A DNA stretch of 64,000 bases from Geosiphon pyriformis uo1. Taxonomy: Eukaryota; Fungi; Glomeromycota. The stretch is from the NCBI GenBank assembly GCA_016748015.1, contig JAAOMT010000675.1, positions 434,001-498,000 of the forward strand, read 5' to 3'. Under the pieces are notes generated by a model that worked only from the letters and a program-made list of their open reading frames with translations, was not told the DNA's origin and searched no databases. The translations under genes were made by a program, and so were the position numbers. Shown piece by piece: positions 1 through 13,269 of this stretch. Position 1 is the stretch's first letter, and each line of letters begins with the position of its first letter.

Positions 1-1560
1 TTCTCCTTGAACGCTTATTCCTTTTTTCACGAGGCTTGATCGCGACACCATTTGAACCATTATTCTTGGCGGAATTTCAACCGCTAATTTTAGGTCAATT
101 TTGGTGATGCTCCTGGGTGGTAACGTTGTGGATTGGTCTTCCAGATAACGTAGATCGAATCCGGCGTCAGTTGGATGGGCTCTTTCGGGTATTATTCCTA
201 AGTGCCCGTTGTCGAAGTATCGGATGTCGGTCACCTGTTCTAGGTCGGTATAGGCTACAAATTTTTCTGACTCGGGACCCTCAAGTGAGTCTTGTTGATT
301 TATTGATTGATTTTGAGACTGCTGATTCTCAATTTCCATTTTTCTTTCTAAGTCCCTTTCATCTTGACACTCTTCACAGCACTGACTTTGGCACGGGATG
401 AGACAGTTTTCGCAGAGGTAAGTGTTGATTTGGGCGAGGTATTGTTCTTGCTCTTGTCGAGTGGGGCATAGTTGTTGGTAGTAGTCCTGGAATTTGTCCA
501 CTGGGTCAAACATGTTGTAGCTGGCGACTTCGTCGGCTACTTCGGCTGACTCTTTCCAATGTCGTATTTCTTCGGTGGTTCCTCCTCTTACTTTGGCTTG
601 TGCAGTGTTGTACAACTCGTCCTCGTCGTGTGGGTAGTGCTGTAGTCTTTTTAATGCTCTGTTAAATGCTGCTTCAAACGGCATTCCTCCTCTTACCCAG
701 TCACAGATGAGAATCATGTATTGGCAAGTTGCGTCACACGTTCCTCCTCTGCCTGGTAAGTCGTTCCAGTCGCACCCTCTTGGTAACGGTTTTTCACAAG
801 CGAGGCACGATTCCTCATCCCATTTTTCGTGTCTTTCTGGGTAACCATATTTTTCTTTGTTACAACAGTTACAATAGTAGTGGGTGGGGTTTCTTGGGTC
901 TTCATCTGGTGCGCTGCACGCAGTCATAGACGAGAGTTTCTTTTTGCAAACCGAGCATTCTAGCTTTGGTCTGCGTCGCTGGTGGTTTCTTCGTGAACTT
1001 ACCTGGTTCCATTCAGATCTTTCTTCGCTGGTCCACGTTGGTACGGCTGGTAGTCTTGTTCTTTGGTCATCAGCCCAAGAGAGCTGATAGGTTTTGATGG
1101 CTGATAGTGCTGGATTTTCCTCAAATTCGAAGGTAGGTCTTTGGTTAGCACTGGGTTTTTGGAAGTGGCCACAGGTGGCTGGAATTTTGGCCTGGTGGCC
1201 ATTATAATTGATCAGAAGCTCTTGGGTGGTCCAGTCTAGAGTGGCGTTGGCTTTTGTTAGCCAGTCATTCCCTACTAACGCTTGATATTGTGTAGCATCC
1301 ATTACTAATACTTTTGTAGGTATTACTATGCCGTTAATTTTGAAAGGGAATGAGTCGATTTCGCCATAAGGCAGCTTTGTACTTCCATCGGCTGTTATGA
1401 TTTGGGACGTCGCAGCACGATCAACTTTGAAACCCAGTTGGTTTACTAGTTAAAGCGTTACGATGCTTCCAGTGGATCCACTGTCTAAGATAAGTTTGAT
1501 TGGGGTATTGTTTACAGTGGCTTCCATATACATAGCAGTGATTGGGCGTTTTTCGTCCAA
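1..1560 (-). pseudogene. pol N-terminus: aspartic protease, Cys-rich insert and dUTPase (frameshifts and stops)
   Basis: Manual translation: IKLILDSGSTGSIVT; CSVCKKKLSSM..YYCNCC..CLAC..CENCLIPC; ERAHPTDAGFDLRY..IAVEIP..SRSSL. Confidence 0.8.
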
Positions 1561-2211
1561 TGCTGCTCCACTGAACATAGCCTCGTTTTCCTCTAATTCA
1601 AAAGGAAAAATAGCTGCGAGGCTGCTATCTTCGATGGCAACTGCTGGTAGTATTGTCTGGCTCAATTTGGAGGAATTTTTGGTTCTGTTTATGTTTCTAC
1701 TGTCATTGTTTCCGATGATCAGGTTTTCCAGTATATTAAGGTAAGTTTGTTGATAATTTTGGTAGTTTGGATTGGTTTGCTGATTGGTTCTGGCGCAGTT
1801 TGGATTCCTCTGGACCAACGTGTTCTGGTTCCACATGGGCTGATTTCGGGCCTCGGGACGCCAATTCGGGTTGGCTATCATGGGCTGTTGCTAGTAAGCT
1901 CCTTGATTTTGATACGTGGTGGGATATTGGCGTGGTATTGGCGTGTACTGGTTTCTGGGCATTTGGGGTGGCGCGTAGTAATTATTTTTGCGTGCTTCCT
2001 GCATCATTTGCGTTCAACATTGACTAATCAAATGTCCTACATGTTTGCAAAAATGGCAGGCGCGTGTTTCTGTTCTGAATTCCTGGCGCGACGGGTGATT
2101 ATTTCGACTGTCACTGACTTCTTGGCTGTGTCTTTGGGGTGGTTGGTATGTATTTTTTCTTGGATCCGGGATGAGATAACTTTCTATTTTCTTAGAAAGT
2201 TCCTCCCCTAA

Positions 2212-3675
2212 TCACGTTACTCTTTTCTCTAATGTTTCTGTCTTATTTTCCTCCATTACCATGTTAACCATTTGACTATGGTTAGCTTCTTTCTCAGCCG
2301 ATTCAAGAGCTCTGGTGAGCGTAATGGCTTCTGGTAAGGAATTAGGGTGGGCAGGGCGTACTCTTCCTAAAATGCTGCTTTTTAATCCTCTAATAAACTG
2401 ATTTAAAACCTGAGGATCAGTGTAGTATCCTTGTTCAATCGATTCAATCTGACGGCAAATTCGATTGAATCGAGCAAGGTATTGGGTGACAGTTTCACCA
2501 GTATTTTGCTTGATAGTATTGAATTTGTTCTGTAGTTGGATTACGGCATTTGGGTCACTAAAATACTCCAGGAGTGCATTTTTAAATTCGGTGAAGCTCG
2601 TGGGTTTTGTTTCCAGGCTTTGATACCACGAGTCGGCTGTGCCTTTTAGGAAGAAAAGTAATGTTTGAATTGCTCTTTGGTCATTCCAGTTATTTGCCTG
2701 GATGGCTTTTTGTGCTTCTCTGAGCCATTTGTGCACGTCCGTTTCTTCTTTCTCTCCTGAGAAATCTGTTAGTCTTGCAATGTATGGTGTGGTCATTTTG
2801 TTGCCGTTTTCTGCTGGTGGGTTTATTGGTCTAAGAGGAGGTGGGATGATATTTCCTTGAGTGTTCCTAAAGGTGGCTTCCCTTATATCCGGTTCTTCCT
2901 CTTGATCACGAGTTTCTTGGTTTCTGGACTGGCTGCTTGTTCCAGTGACTGGTCTTGTGATTGTTTTTTCGCTGGTCTCTTTTTCGGATTCTGATTCAGA
3001 CTCCTCTTCACGGTTTTCAAACCCTGTTCTAAATTTTGGCTGAAAAAGAGGGTTTTGGAATAGTGATGAATATCCTCCTGTAATTGGTATGTCTTTCCAG
3101 TTACGTTGTTTAATTTTATCAATATAACTAGGAGTTTTTGGCGTTTGTGGAGTTGATGTTGATGATGATGCAGCTCCTAATGGAATTTGTATCTTATTTT
3201 CTGGTGAAAAATGGTATGATTTATCTTCTGGTGAATAAATACGTTGTTTCTTTATTGATTGAGTGACAGTTTTCTTTGGCGTTTGAGCTGGTGTTTCTAG
3301 TTTTTGCTGGTTACTTTCCTGATTAGTTTCTAAATTTTCTTTGGTTTTGTTGGCGCGTTTCCTAGTGTTTCCTGTGGATATTGGAAAATTTTCGTTGGCG
3401 TATTGCTCAATTTCTCGATGGATTTTGACAATAGTTGCAGCTATTACTGCTGCTTCTTTTGTAGTGTATTGTGATAATTCTTTATACAATCCAAGTTTTG
3501 CATCGTGTGGTTCTTCTTCCTTTCCTATATGATAATTTATTCTGGCGTTGATATAATAAGTGAGGGCAGATTCTGCTGGACAACACCCTTCTGGTAATCC
3601 AAGATCACTTTGATTTTGTGTGTAAATAGCACGGCAGAATTCAAGAACAGTAAAATTAGGGGTTTTTGTCGCCAC
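2212..3675 (-). CDS. gag: Retrotransposon Gag (capsid-like), interrupted by a premature stop
   Basis: FSGEKEETDVHKWL...ANNW...FLKGTADSWY...IKQNTGETVTQY...QFIRGL retrotrans-gag motifs. Confidence 0.85.
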   Translation of the reverse strand: MATKTPNFTVLEFCRAIYTQNQSDLGLPEGCCPAESALTYYINARINYHIGKEEEPHDAKLGLYKELSQYTTKEAAVIAATIVKIHREIEQYANENFPISTGNTRKRANKTKENLETNQESNQQKLETPAQTPKKTVTQSIKKQRIYSPEDKSYHFSPENKIQIPLGAASSSTSTPQTPKTPSYIDKIKQRNWKDIPITGGYSSLFQNPLFQPKFRTGFENREEESESESEKETSEKTITRPVTGTSSQSRNQETRDQEEEPDIREATFRNTQGNIIPPPLRPINPPAENGNKMTTPYIARLTDFSGEKEETDVHKWLREAQKAIQANNWNDQRAIQTLLFFLKGTADSWYQSLETKPTSFTEFKNALLEYFSDPNAVIQLQNKFNTIKQNTGETVTQYLARFNRICRQIESIEQGYYTDPQVLNQFIRGLKSSILGRVRPAHPNSLPEAITLTRALESAEKEANHSQMVNMVMEENKTETLEKRVT

Positions 3676-3737
3676 TTTTGTCTTTTCCTTTTTAGCAATG
3701 AATTATTGCTAATTATTATTTCCTTTTTGATTTTCTT

Positions 3738-3755
3738 TCCTCGTAGGGTTCACCA
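3738..3755 (-). promoter_or_regulatory. Primer-binding site TGGTGAACCCTACGAGGA
   Basis: Begins with TGG 2 nt after the LTR-terminal CA on the minus strand. Confidence 0.75.
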
Positions 3756-3937
3756 AATGTTACAGGATGGTTTTCTTGTTATATTTAATTGCTGATATCC
3801 CGCTTTAATTGCAATCAGTCTTTCGTGAGTTCCTCAATTCCATTTGTGTGATAATGTCACTGTTACACTGAAGGCTTTCTTTTTACTGTTGCGATGTAAG
3901 TTATTCTTTAATTCTTGATTGTTGTGTGTGTTTATGT

Positions 3938-4054
3938 NNNNNNNNNNNNNNNNNNNNNNNNNNNNNNNNNNNNNNNNNNNNNNNNNNNNNNNNNNNNNNN
4001 NNNNNNNNNNNNNNNNNNNNNNNNNNNNNNNNNNNNNNNNNNNNNNNNNNNNNN
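3938..4054. other. Assembly gap (N run)
   Basis: Run of N. Confidence 1.
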
Positions 4055-4745
4055 ATCTTGATCAAGGATTATTCTTCCAAGGGATTCAGTTGATGAATGA
4101 TAGTTTCATTTAATAAATAATACAAGTAAGTTTCTTAATACTTTGGGTTGTGATAGTTCAGTTTTAAATATTCTTTTTCATTTCTTTTTGATTTTAAAAG
4201 TTTCTTGGGATATTTAATTTGAAAGTATGATTTAAAGTGGAGTTTGTTGGATAAAATTGGATCTATTGCTTGATAAGTTATGATTTTTATTACTTGATTG
4301 ATTCTTTCCCAATATTAAAACTACTGTATATATACATGTTTGTAGTTCTACGAGAAAATACTTTTTTTTTGATATTTCAACCTGGTGCTTGCTGCTATCA
4401 CCAGTTGGTGTTGGCTGCTATTGTGAACTGGTGCTTGCCACTATTGCGAGATGGTGTTTGCTACTATGTTAATCATTACCTTTCTAAGATTATTACTGTG
4501 CTATATTATGATTGAATAGTTTGTATTATTTTTATGATTCTTTTTGCTAAATTCTTAAACCGTAACAGTGACAGTAGTACTTGGTTGTGGTGGATTATTT
4601 TTTATTATTGTTACAGTATGTATCCATTGATGACAATTTTTTGCCACAATCAATGCAAACTAGCTTTGGCCAATGATACTATGAATTAGCATAAAAAGTA
4701 GTATATGAAATATAAATAGAGGTGATTGCTTCGAGTTTTTTTTTG

Positions 4746-4779
<34 letters not shown>

Positions 4780-6148
4780 CTTAGTCTGGAATTGGTGACA
4801 ATTTATTGTGATCATTTTTGGCCTATAAGATTTGGTAAGTTTCTTAGGTAGGTTTTTTTTTCTTTTTTAAACTCAATCAGTGGCTAATTGTCAATGGTAG
4901 GCTTAAAATGACTACAGATGACTGGTACTTAAATATTCTGACCATTTTGGCTCAGTTGTAATTTTTGAGTGTTTTAGTTAAGCACTGCATTGGTTTTGAA
5001 TAGCCAGTCATTACCAATAAGAGCTTGGTATTATGTGACTTTTATTATAAAGACTTTAATTGGCACTATGATGCCATTAACTTTAAATAGAAAGTCATTA
5101 ATTTCACTAATAGAAGTCTTGATGATTCTATTAGCTGTAATAATCTTGGCACTGGCAGCATGATCAGCTTGACAACCTAATTGGTCTATAAGTTATTATG
5201 TAATAATACTATCTGTTAACTCATTATCAAAAATAAGTTTAATAGATTGGCCATCTACTTTGGCATCTGTATATATAGTAATAATAAGTTTAGTATTAAG
5301 GGCTGCTCTACTGAATAAAAAAATTAACATTAGTTTTTTTAATTCAAAAAGAAATATGGCTGCAAGCAATTCATTATCTGTGATGGTAACAGATGAAATA
5401 TTGTTAGTAAGTGTAAATTAATTAGTCTCTTGATTATTGGTTAATGTATTTTCTGGAATAATGAAGAAACTTAAATAGTTCTGAATATTTGGGTTTTAGA
5501 TGTAATGGTTTTCTGGATTTTGTTGCCATGTTTCCAATGGTTGGTTTGATATATTGAAAATCAGTTGGTGTATTACTATTGCCAATCTCCAATTTTGTTA
5601 AATCTAAATGGTCTTCAGTCTTTGGCTTCTATTTTGTTGTAAGTTTTATGACAGTGTTTGAAATGATTGAAGTTAATAAATGACTTGTGGCTGTGGTTGA
5701 TAGATTATCAATGCTAAAAACTAATAAATTGGCAGTGAGTATATTGCTTATTGTATCATTGGAATGTAATAAGATTAATATAAGTCTTGATTTGGTTGAT
5801 AATTTGGAGTTTAAAATCAGTAATCAGAGTTTTGATAATGATTTTCCGATTATTAATTATTTAACTGGGTGCAACAGTTAATTTGTAAATATTTTTGTTT
5901 ACTATAATAGTGGCAATTATGTGTCTCTTGTCACTACTGTTAATTGATTAATAATAATAGATATAATTGCTTTTAAAGATGATTTGGGTTTCTTAGATTA
6001 TTATGACATTGTGAAAGTTAATAAATTCCCTAATTGTTAGCTAAGTATTTTTCTAATTTTTAATTAATAGAATTATTGAATTGCTTTAACTTAGAATACA
6101 ATTTAAATGATCCATTTATTACTAAATTAATAGTTTGGATGTAATTAG
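4055..6148 (-). mobile_element. Decayed Gypsy host copy, downstream part (gag C-terminus, protease, Cys-rich region)
   Basis: Minus-strand remnants such as YTDAKVDGQSIKLIFD and KKLSSM..TKYYCHC, homologous to 9300-10030; continues in 16003-18333. Confidence 0.8.
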
Positions 6149-6986
6149 TATTACTTATAGAATATAGAAAGTATATTAGCATAAATTAGCCAATTAGAAG
6201 TAGCCATAATAGATGTAAAATTCTAGAATTTTTCTTAAGAGGAATTGCAGAATTCCAAAAATTTTAGAATTCTCATACAAAGAATTGCATAATTGCAGAA
6301 TTCTAGGATTCCTTTTAAAGAAATTACAGAATTCCAGGAATTCCAAGATTTTTGGTGTAAAAAATTGAGGAATTGAGGAATCTCAATTATGTATATATAG
6401 CAGTAGCATCAGAATAAAAAAAGACAGACCTCTTAGTTTAGATTTGATCTAAGCAACCTTTCTATTCACAAACATCAATAAATAATTATTCACTATTATA
6501 ATCTATTTCTCACTATTAATACTTAATTACACTAGAACAATAGTTCTTGATTACAGTTATTGATAAAATACTAACATTTATTGCCTTGGCTTATTTTTTC
6601 ACTTTCTTTTATTTTTTTTTATTTTCTGTTATTATTTTTTTTTGTTTTACTAATTGATTAAGAATTAAAAAGCACTAAGTTATTAACGTCAAAAATAGCC
6701 TGATAAAAGACCCCAAAGAAAGAGTATAAAGTTTGATAAATTAAGAATAGCTTATTAGAAAGACATCTCTCCCAGATTACCAGCTACTATGCTGAGAAAA
6801 AAATTTGACAGAATTGCAATTCTGGAAAGTTATTAAAACACTATTGAATCTTTGTTTATTATACAAAAGACTTAACCAAAATCTTCAGATCATGGAAACC
6901 TTCAGAAACCAACATTATTATATTAATTAAGCACCAAGTTACAGGTTTGTTATTTGATTTGAGACTCCTAATAATTAACTATAATA
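6149..6986 (+). repeat. 5' LTR
   Basis: Direct repeat of 15151-16002; termini TATTAC...ATAATA are mutated TG...CA. Confidence 0.93.
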
Positions 6987-6988
6987 TT

Positions 6989-7006
6989 TGGTGCTTTCTG
7001 TAAGAT
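6989..7006 (+). promoter_or_regulatory. Primer-binding site TGGTGCTTTCTGTAAG
   Basis: TGG 2 nt after the LTR end; the host copy has TGGTGCTCTTTGTAAAG on the minus strand near 17442-17458. Confidence 0.75.
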
Positions 7007-7894
7007 ATAATCTTACAGAAAACCAGCACCAACACACAACTATCTAAAAGTAGTAAAATCAGAAAGAATAAGAACAAACTATTTAAAATTTGCTAAATTC
7101 TTGTTTCAATATTACTGTTAACACTTAGAATTAATCAACAATTACCTATCTGCAGAATTAGCCTTCAATTTTTACATCAATGAGAGAATCTCATATTTAT
7201 TAGGAATACCAGTAGAAACTGATTCAGTCAGAGGAAATTTCTACAATAAATTAATTCAAAATACTAGTCTACTAGCAAATTATAATTTTACAGTAATCTT
7301 TACTGAAATCAATAAAAAAATTGAACATTACACTCAACAAAGATACCCAATCACCTATGCAAACAAAGGCAAAAAAAAACTACAAACACCAACAGTAACA
7401 CCACAAAGAATACAACTACCTACTTGGAAGAAAACAAGAGTAAAATCTCCAACCAATCCATCATATTACTATATACCTAAAAATGCCATTAACATCTCAT
7501 CAGCAGACACATCCATATCAAACACAATCTTAACATTTAGATGACTCCCATTTCAAAATAAACAAAAGAAAACAGAATTATTAGGAACTTATGGTAATTA
7601 TTTTGAAGAATTTAAATTGCAATCACTGATGCTATTAGAATTTTGATCACCACTGTCTTCACCAAATTTTGGAACTGCGAGTCTTTGGGAAGTGATGGAA
7701 TCTAAAGAAAAAAAAAATAAGGATCAGGAATTTAATTACCAAAACCTGATCCCAGAAAATCTGGAAAATCAAACCCCGAATATTCAAACTCCAGAAAATC
7801 AAAACAATCCAAACTCCAATATAATTAATTAACAACACTTACCTCCAGCAATCATAATCAATCAATCACTGATTGAACCAATTGCTAAACTGAT

Positions 7895-8730
7895 TCAACA
7901 GCCACAAACATTACCACAGCAATAACAACAAGTTATAGCATCAATAACATATGTTCCTATTATTAAATTAGAAAAATTTACTGGCAAAAAAAATAATGTC
8001 CAAGTTTGGCTCAACAATGTTACCAAAGCAATCACTACTAACAATTGGGACAATACCAAAGCCCTACAAGCTATTCCATATTTTTTGCAAGATACCACTA
8101 ATTCATAGTATTAAAGCTTAATCAACAAACCTATCATCTTTGACATGTTTAAAATAGAGTTTTTAAGATATTTTAGTAACCATAATAGTATTAACTGCTT
8201 AGTCAATACTTTCACCACCATTAAGCAAGGAGAAACTGAAGCAGTCACTATTTACTTAAAATGCTTCTATAGAAATTTGCACCAAATACAAGCAATTGAT
8301 GTGAATTACTTTATAGTGCCACAAATTCTAAACCAGTTTATCTATAGACTACACAGTAGTATTTTCCAATGTGTATGTCTAATGTATCTGCAAACTCTCC
8401 AAAACACAGTTACTAATACACAAGATTTTGAATCTGCCAAACTTAAAGCTAACTATGCCCAAGCCATAAATCTAGTGATAAACAAATCATCTGACTTGGA
8501 TTCTAAATTAAAGCAATTTAGTAAATCAATTAATCAAAAATTAGAGAGATACTTAGCTAACAATAATTAGACAATTTATCAACTTTCTTAACAACACAAT
8601 AATCAAAAAAACTCTAATTGCATCCAAAATCAACCATGGCCATCATTGTTGACCAATCAATAGTAGCAACTAGAAACGTGTGTTTGTCACTATTGTGGTA
8701 AATAAAGACATTTGCAATTTGAATGTTACA
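7895..8730 (+). pseudogene. gag: Gag capsid region and CCHC zinc knuckle
   Basis: KLEKFTG..QVWL..TNNW; IKQGETEAV..LNQFI; VCHYCGK*RHLQFEC. Confidence 0.85.
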
Positions 8731-10816
8731 AAAAGATAAGTGACCAACAATCAGGAAATCAATACTGAAATCCCAATCACTGGCTTCAAACTCTGAGTTA
8801 CCAACTAAACCCAGAACTGTATTATCAGAATTACTTACCAATAATGCAGCAACCAATATATCAACTGTCAATATATCAGACTCTAGCATCTGTAATATAC
8901 CAATCTCAGCAAATTCAAACACCACCACAAAATTCAACTTCAATGTCACATGGAAACCAAAGACCAAGAACCATTCAACAAAACTAGAAATCAGCAATAA
9001 TTGTTTATTAACTGATCTCCAGTTCATCTATTCAACAATCAGGAGCACACTAGTGGAGTTCAGAAACCGAATACACCTAACACCTGAATTCTCAACACTA
9101 TTTAAGTCTTCTGGTAACTTCAAAAGACACCTCTTCCAACAAACTGGAATCCAACCAAAAACAACCATTAATTAGCAACATACTTCCAACTACTGTTATT
9201 AACAATGAATCTCTAGCAGCAATTTTTCTCTTCAAATTCAAGGAAATCACACCAATCCCATTATTTAGTGAAGCCATTCTAGAAAAAAAACCCATTACCA
9301 CAATGTACACTAATGCTAAAGTTGATGAACAGGCTATTAAGCTGATCCTAGATAGTAGTTCAGCAGGCAATATCATTACACAGCAACTCATGGACTAATT
9401 AGGTTGTCGAGTTGATCATGCTGCTAGCACCAGAATTATTATGGTTGATGGAGCCACAAAAACTCCCATTAGTTAAATTGATAACTTCCTCTTTGAAGTT
9501 AATGGCATTACTGCACCAATCAAAGTCTTAGTAATAGAAGCTACTCAGTACTAAGCTCTCATTGGTAATGATTGGCTAGTCAAAACCAATGCTGTACTTA
9601 ACTGGACCATGCAAAAGTTCCAACTCAACCAGAATGATCAATACACATATATACCAGCCACATGTAGTCATTTCAAAATGAACACTAATCCAGCACCACT
9701 TATAGAATTGGAAAAAAAAAAAAAAAAACCTATCTGGGAAGTCTACCAAGTCTTGTGGGCCAACACCAATTATAACAAACTACCACCAATACTTTCTTGA
9801 GATGACAAAAGAAAAGGAAAGGAAGAAGACATCTGAAAAAACTATCACTACAGAAAAAATAATTAGTGACTGGAAAAGAGAGTACTCACATGAACCAATA
9901 AAAGAGCTGCCATATATACCCCTCAAATACAAAGACTGTAAAAAGAAACTTTCCTTCATGGGAGCTTAAATTGCACTTAATGAAGACTATTGGACAAAAA
10001 CCCACTATTATTGCAAGCCATGTCATAAAGAATGCTATGGCTATCCAAAGAAGTAGGGAAAGTGGGACAACAAAACCATGTCTTACTTGTGGTGAACAGT
10101 TACTCAATGAAAAAATGTGAAATAATATTTCTGGTTAAGGAGATATGTGTAACACTTCATGTCAATACACAATCCTCATAAGCATTTGAGTAAGTTGTCA
10201 AACATCTATAATAACTGTCTAGCACTAAGCAATTTCTCACTTGGACAGCTACTCCCATAATGAGGATAAGATCTGGCAAATGGCAAACACCAAAGTTGAA
10301 GATATTTCATCTAGTAAGATCTTAGAAATTAAAAACAACCCACCAGAACCAGTGAAAACAGTTCTCATTCCAAATCCTAATATTTTCCTCAACATTAAAA
10401 CAGGCCCAAAAGAATTTTACAAGCACTATTAGAATCTAGTGCCAACAAGAGAAGAACAAAAACAATAACTAGAAGAATTGAATATCAGACTATGCTAATA
10501 TTATTTAATTCTCAGTGATTTTGAATATTGTAATAATTATGACCTCATTTACAATCTACCACCATACATAATTTATACAATCCCCAAAGAAGAAAAACCA
10601 ATTAGCAGCTGTGCATCAGAATCAGAATCAACATTTAATCTTGATTTAAACTCTAATAACAACAATTACAATAACAATAGTTCTAGCTTTATTTAAATTG
10701 GCAATAGCAATGACAACAATTCAAACTCAGATTCAAACCCCAAACAATACATCATACTCTTTGACCTTATTAAGAAGCAGAAACTGAGATGGTTCAGTAA
10801 TAATAATGAAGGTATT

Positions 10817-11314
10817 ATGCTAGAATGTGTACATGATACTGATATAAAGTTTGATCTGAGATATTCAGCAAAAGATGCCATCAAATTGGAACCACATTTA
10901 CGCACCTGCATTGATCTCAAAGTAGCACTGAAAATCTCAGCAACAACAATAATTCAGTTAGCATCTAGAAGTAGTTTAGCAAAAAAAGAGATTAACATCA
11001 AAGGAGAAATAATTGACACAGGATATATGAGAAATATTATTACAATGCTACAAAATAACTCAGAAAAGACCTATATTATAGAGCCAAACAAAAAAATAGC
11101 ACAGGCAATATTTCTGTCTTTTGTTAAAATAGCTCAATTAGTATCAGTAGAAAACAAGAAAAAATTAAGAATTACAGCTAAAAGGATACAGAGATTCGAA
11201 TCCATAAGTAGAATAGATGTACTAATCAATATGGCAAAAGAAAGATTGTTGACAAGGAAGAAATTATTTCCATCTGTCAATCAATTTCTATTCCATCATA
11301 TGACTAGTATATAG
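10817..11314 (+). pseudogene. dUTPase domain of pol
   Basis: FDLRY..ASRSSLAKK..INIKGEIIDTGY..KIAQAIF match dUTPase motifs. Confidence 0.85.
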
Positions 11315-11699
11315 TAGCCATAGAAAGAAAAGTAAAGGATCAAGTTCAGATTTTTGAGGCAGAAGCAATACTTTGTAAATTAAGAAAAATTGGATTAGTT
11401 AATCTATACATACCAGCCAAGAACCATAGTCACATTAAAATTCTTATCTATAACAATACAGAAAATGTCATTAAGATACTAAACAGAACCACCATTAGAT
11501 ATTTAAGTACTGAAGTTAAAAAACAACTACCAAACTCCATTTCAGATTTTTCACAACTGTGTAAATATGTTGATATTATATTACAAACAATATACAGATA
11601 AAAAAAATGTTATCTGCTCCAACCAAAACAATTAAAACAGATAAACTTGGGAAATTTAGATCTACTACAACATATACAGCTCAAAATATTACTCAACAA

Positions 11700-13030
11700 C
11701 TTTAATGACATCTTTGCTAGTGAAAACAAATTTGGCAGAACTAATATCATTTAACATCAGATAAAAATAAGAGATACAATATCAATTAAGCAAAGAACAT
11801 ACCAAGTACCACTAGCCAGCCATAAGATCATTTGTTAAGAAATCAATCAGATGCTTGACAATAGGCTAATTCAGCCGTTAATGAGCCCATGGTCATTATC
11901 AGTAGTACTAGTCCATAAGAAAAATAGGAAAATCCACTTTTGTGTAGATTACTGAAAACTGAATAGAGTAACCAAAAAAGATAGCTACCCAACTCCAAAA
12001 ATTCAAGAACTTTTTGATGCTTTTGGAGAAAAGAAATGGTTCTCAACTTTAGCCTTAGATAGTAGTTACTAGCAAATAGCCATAAAACTGGAAGATAAAA
12101 AAAATGGCTTTTACAACACAAGAAAAAAATTTCGAATTCAAAATTATGCCATTTGGTTTAATGAATGCTCCTACTATATTTCAATAATTCATGGAAATTG
12201 TCTATATAGAACTGCTATAGAAATCAGTAGTCATATATCTGGATGACATCAACGTATTTTCCAAGACATTTGATAATTATTTGCATTATCTTTAACAAGT
12301 ATTTGAAAAACTAAGAAGGGCCAAATTAAAATTAAATGCAACCAAGTGTTTCTTTGGAAAAACTGAACTCAAGTTTTTGGGACATGTTATGAGCAAAGAT
12401 GGAATTAAGACAGATCCAGACAAAATTGAAATAGTTAAAAACTTTCCAGTACCCATCAACTTAACCGAATTATAAGCATTCTTAAGATTTGTGAGATACT
12501 ACTGCTGCTTTATTAAAGGCTTTTCCAAAATAGCACAGCCATTATACCAGCTCCAAACAAAAACCACCAAATATAAATGAATGGAAACACAGCAAGAAGC
12601 TTTTGATACATTAAGAAAAAAGCTTATTTAAGCTCCAATATTGATCTATCCAGATCATAATAAGCCATTTATAATTACAACAAATATTTTGGGTCAAGCA
12701 TTGAAAGCAATACTATCTCAGAAAAAACTGGATGGATGAGAACATCCAGTAGCTTATGCCAGCAGAAGCTTAAGTCCAGCTAAAAAAAACTATGAAACTC
12801 CAACACTAAAATACTTAGCTATCTATTGGGCTGTCATCAAATAGAAAGAATACTTGAGTCAAAAGTTTGATGTTTACACTAATCATAAAAAATTGACTTC
12901 AATCCAAAAGCAAGAATTTGGAGATGATCATTATGTCAGATAAAAAATAAAACTTTCACTATTTAATTATACAGTACATTACAAAAAAGAAAAAAAAATA
13001 AAAATACTGATGGTTTGTCAAGAATGAAAC
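11700..13030 (+). pseudogene. pol: Reverse transcriptase and RNase H
   Basis: SPWSLSVVLV..HFCVDY*KLN, MPFGLMNAP, IYLDDI, KFLGHV, EHPVAYASRSLS. Confidence 0.9.
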
Positions 13031-13269
13031 AAATCTAAGAACATTTCAACCCAAAAATATAACAAAAGATGAATACACAAAAATACTAACAATTCTAACA
13101 CTATATAAATACTCAACAGTTTAAGGAAAAATTATCTTAAAAGGAACAAAACAACATAACATAACAATCAAAATATTTTATTAACCATCAAAATATACTT
13201 TACCAGAAGAACAAAAGAAATTCAGATCAACCAACCAGAGTAATTACAGAACCAGAAAAAGAGATAATA

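Larger units (their letters stand above)
1..3937 (-). mobile_element. Ty3/Gypsy-like LTR retrotransposon, 5' part (partial LTR, PBS, gag, aspartic protease, Cys-rich region, dUTPase); runs off the window start
   Basis: On the minus strand the LTR end ...TGTAACA (3758) is followed by TTTGGTGAACCCTACGAGG. Gag ORF 2212-3675, protease motif LILDSGS near 1480, dUTPase DAGFDLRY near 145-168. CpGs are largely retained. Confidence 0.9.

Noticed and set aside
4735-4779. Long poly-T as a LINE or retrocopy tail
   Set aside because: It lies inside the host Gypsy at the position of the purine-rich KGKEKE-type linker (compare 9825-9840); better explained by G-to-A erosion and slippage.
6220-6390. CRISPR-like array
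   Set aside because: Short degenerate units without unique spacers, inside an LTR of a eukaryote.
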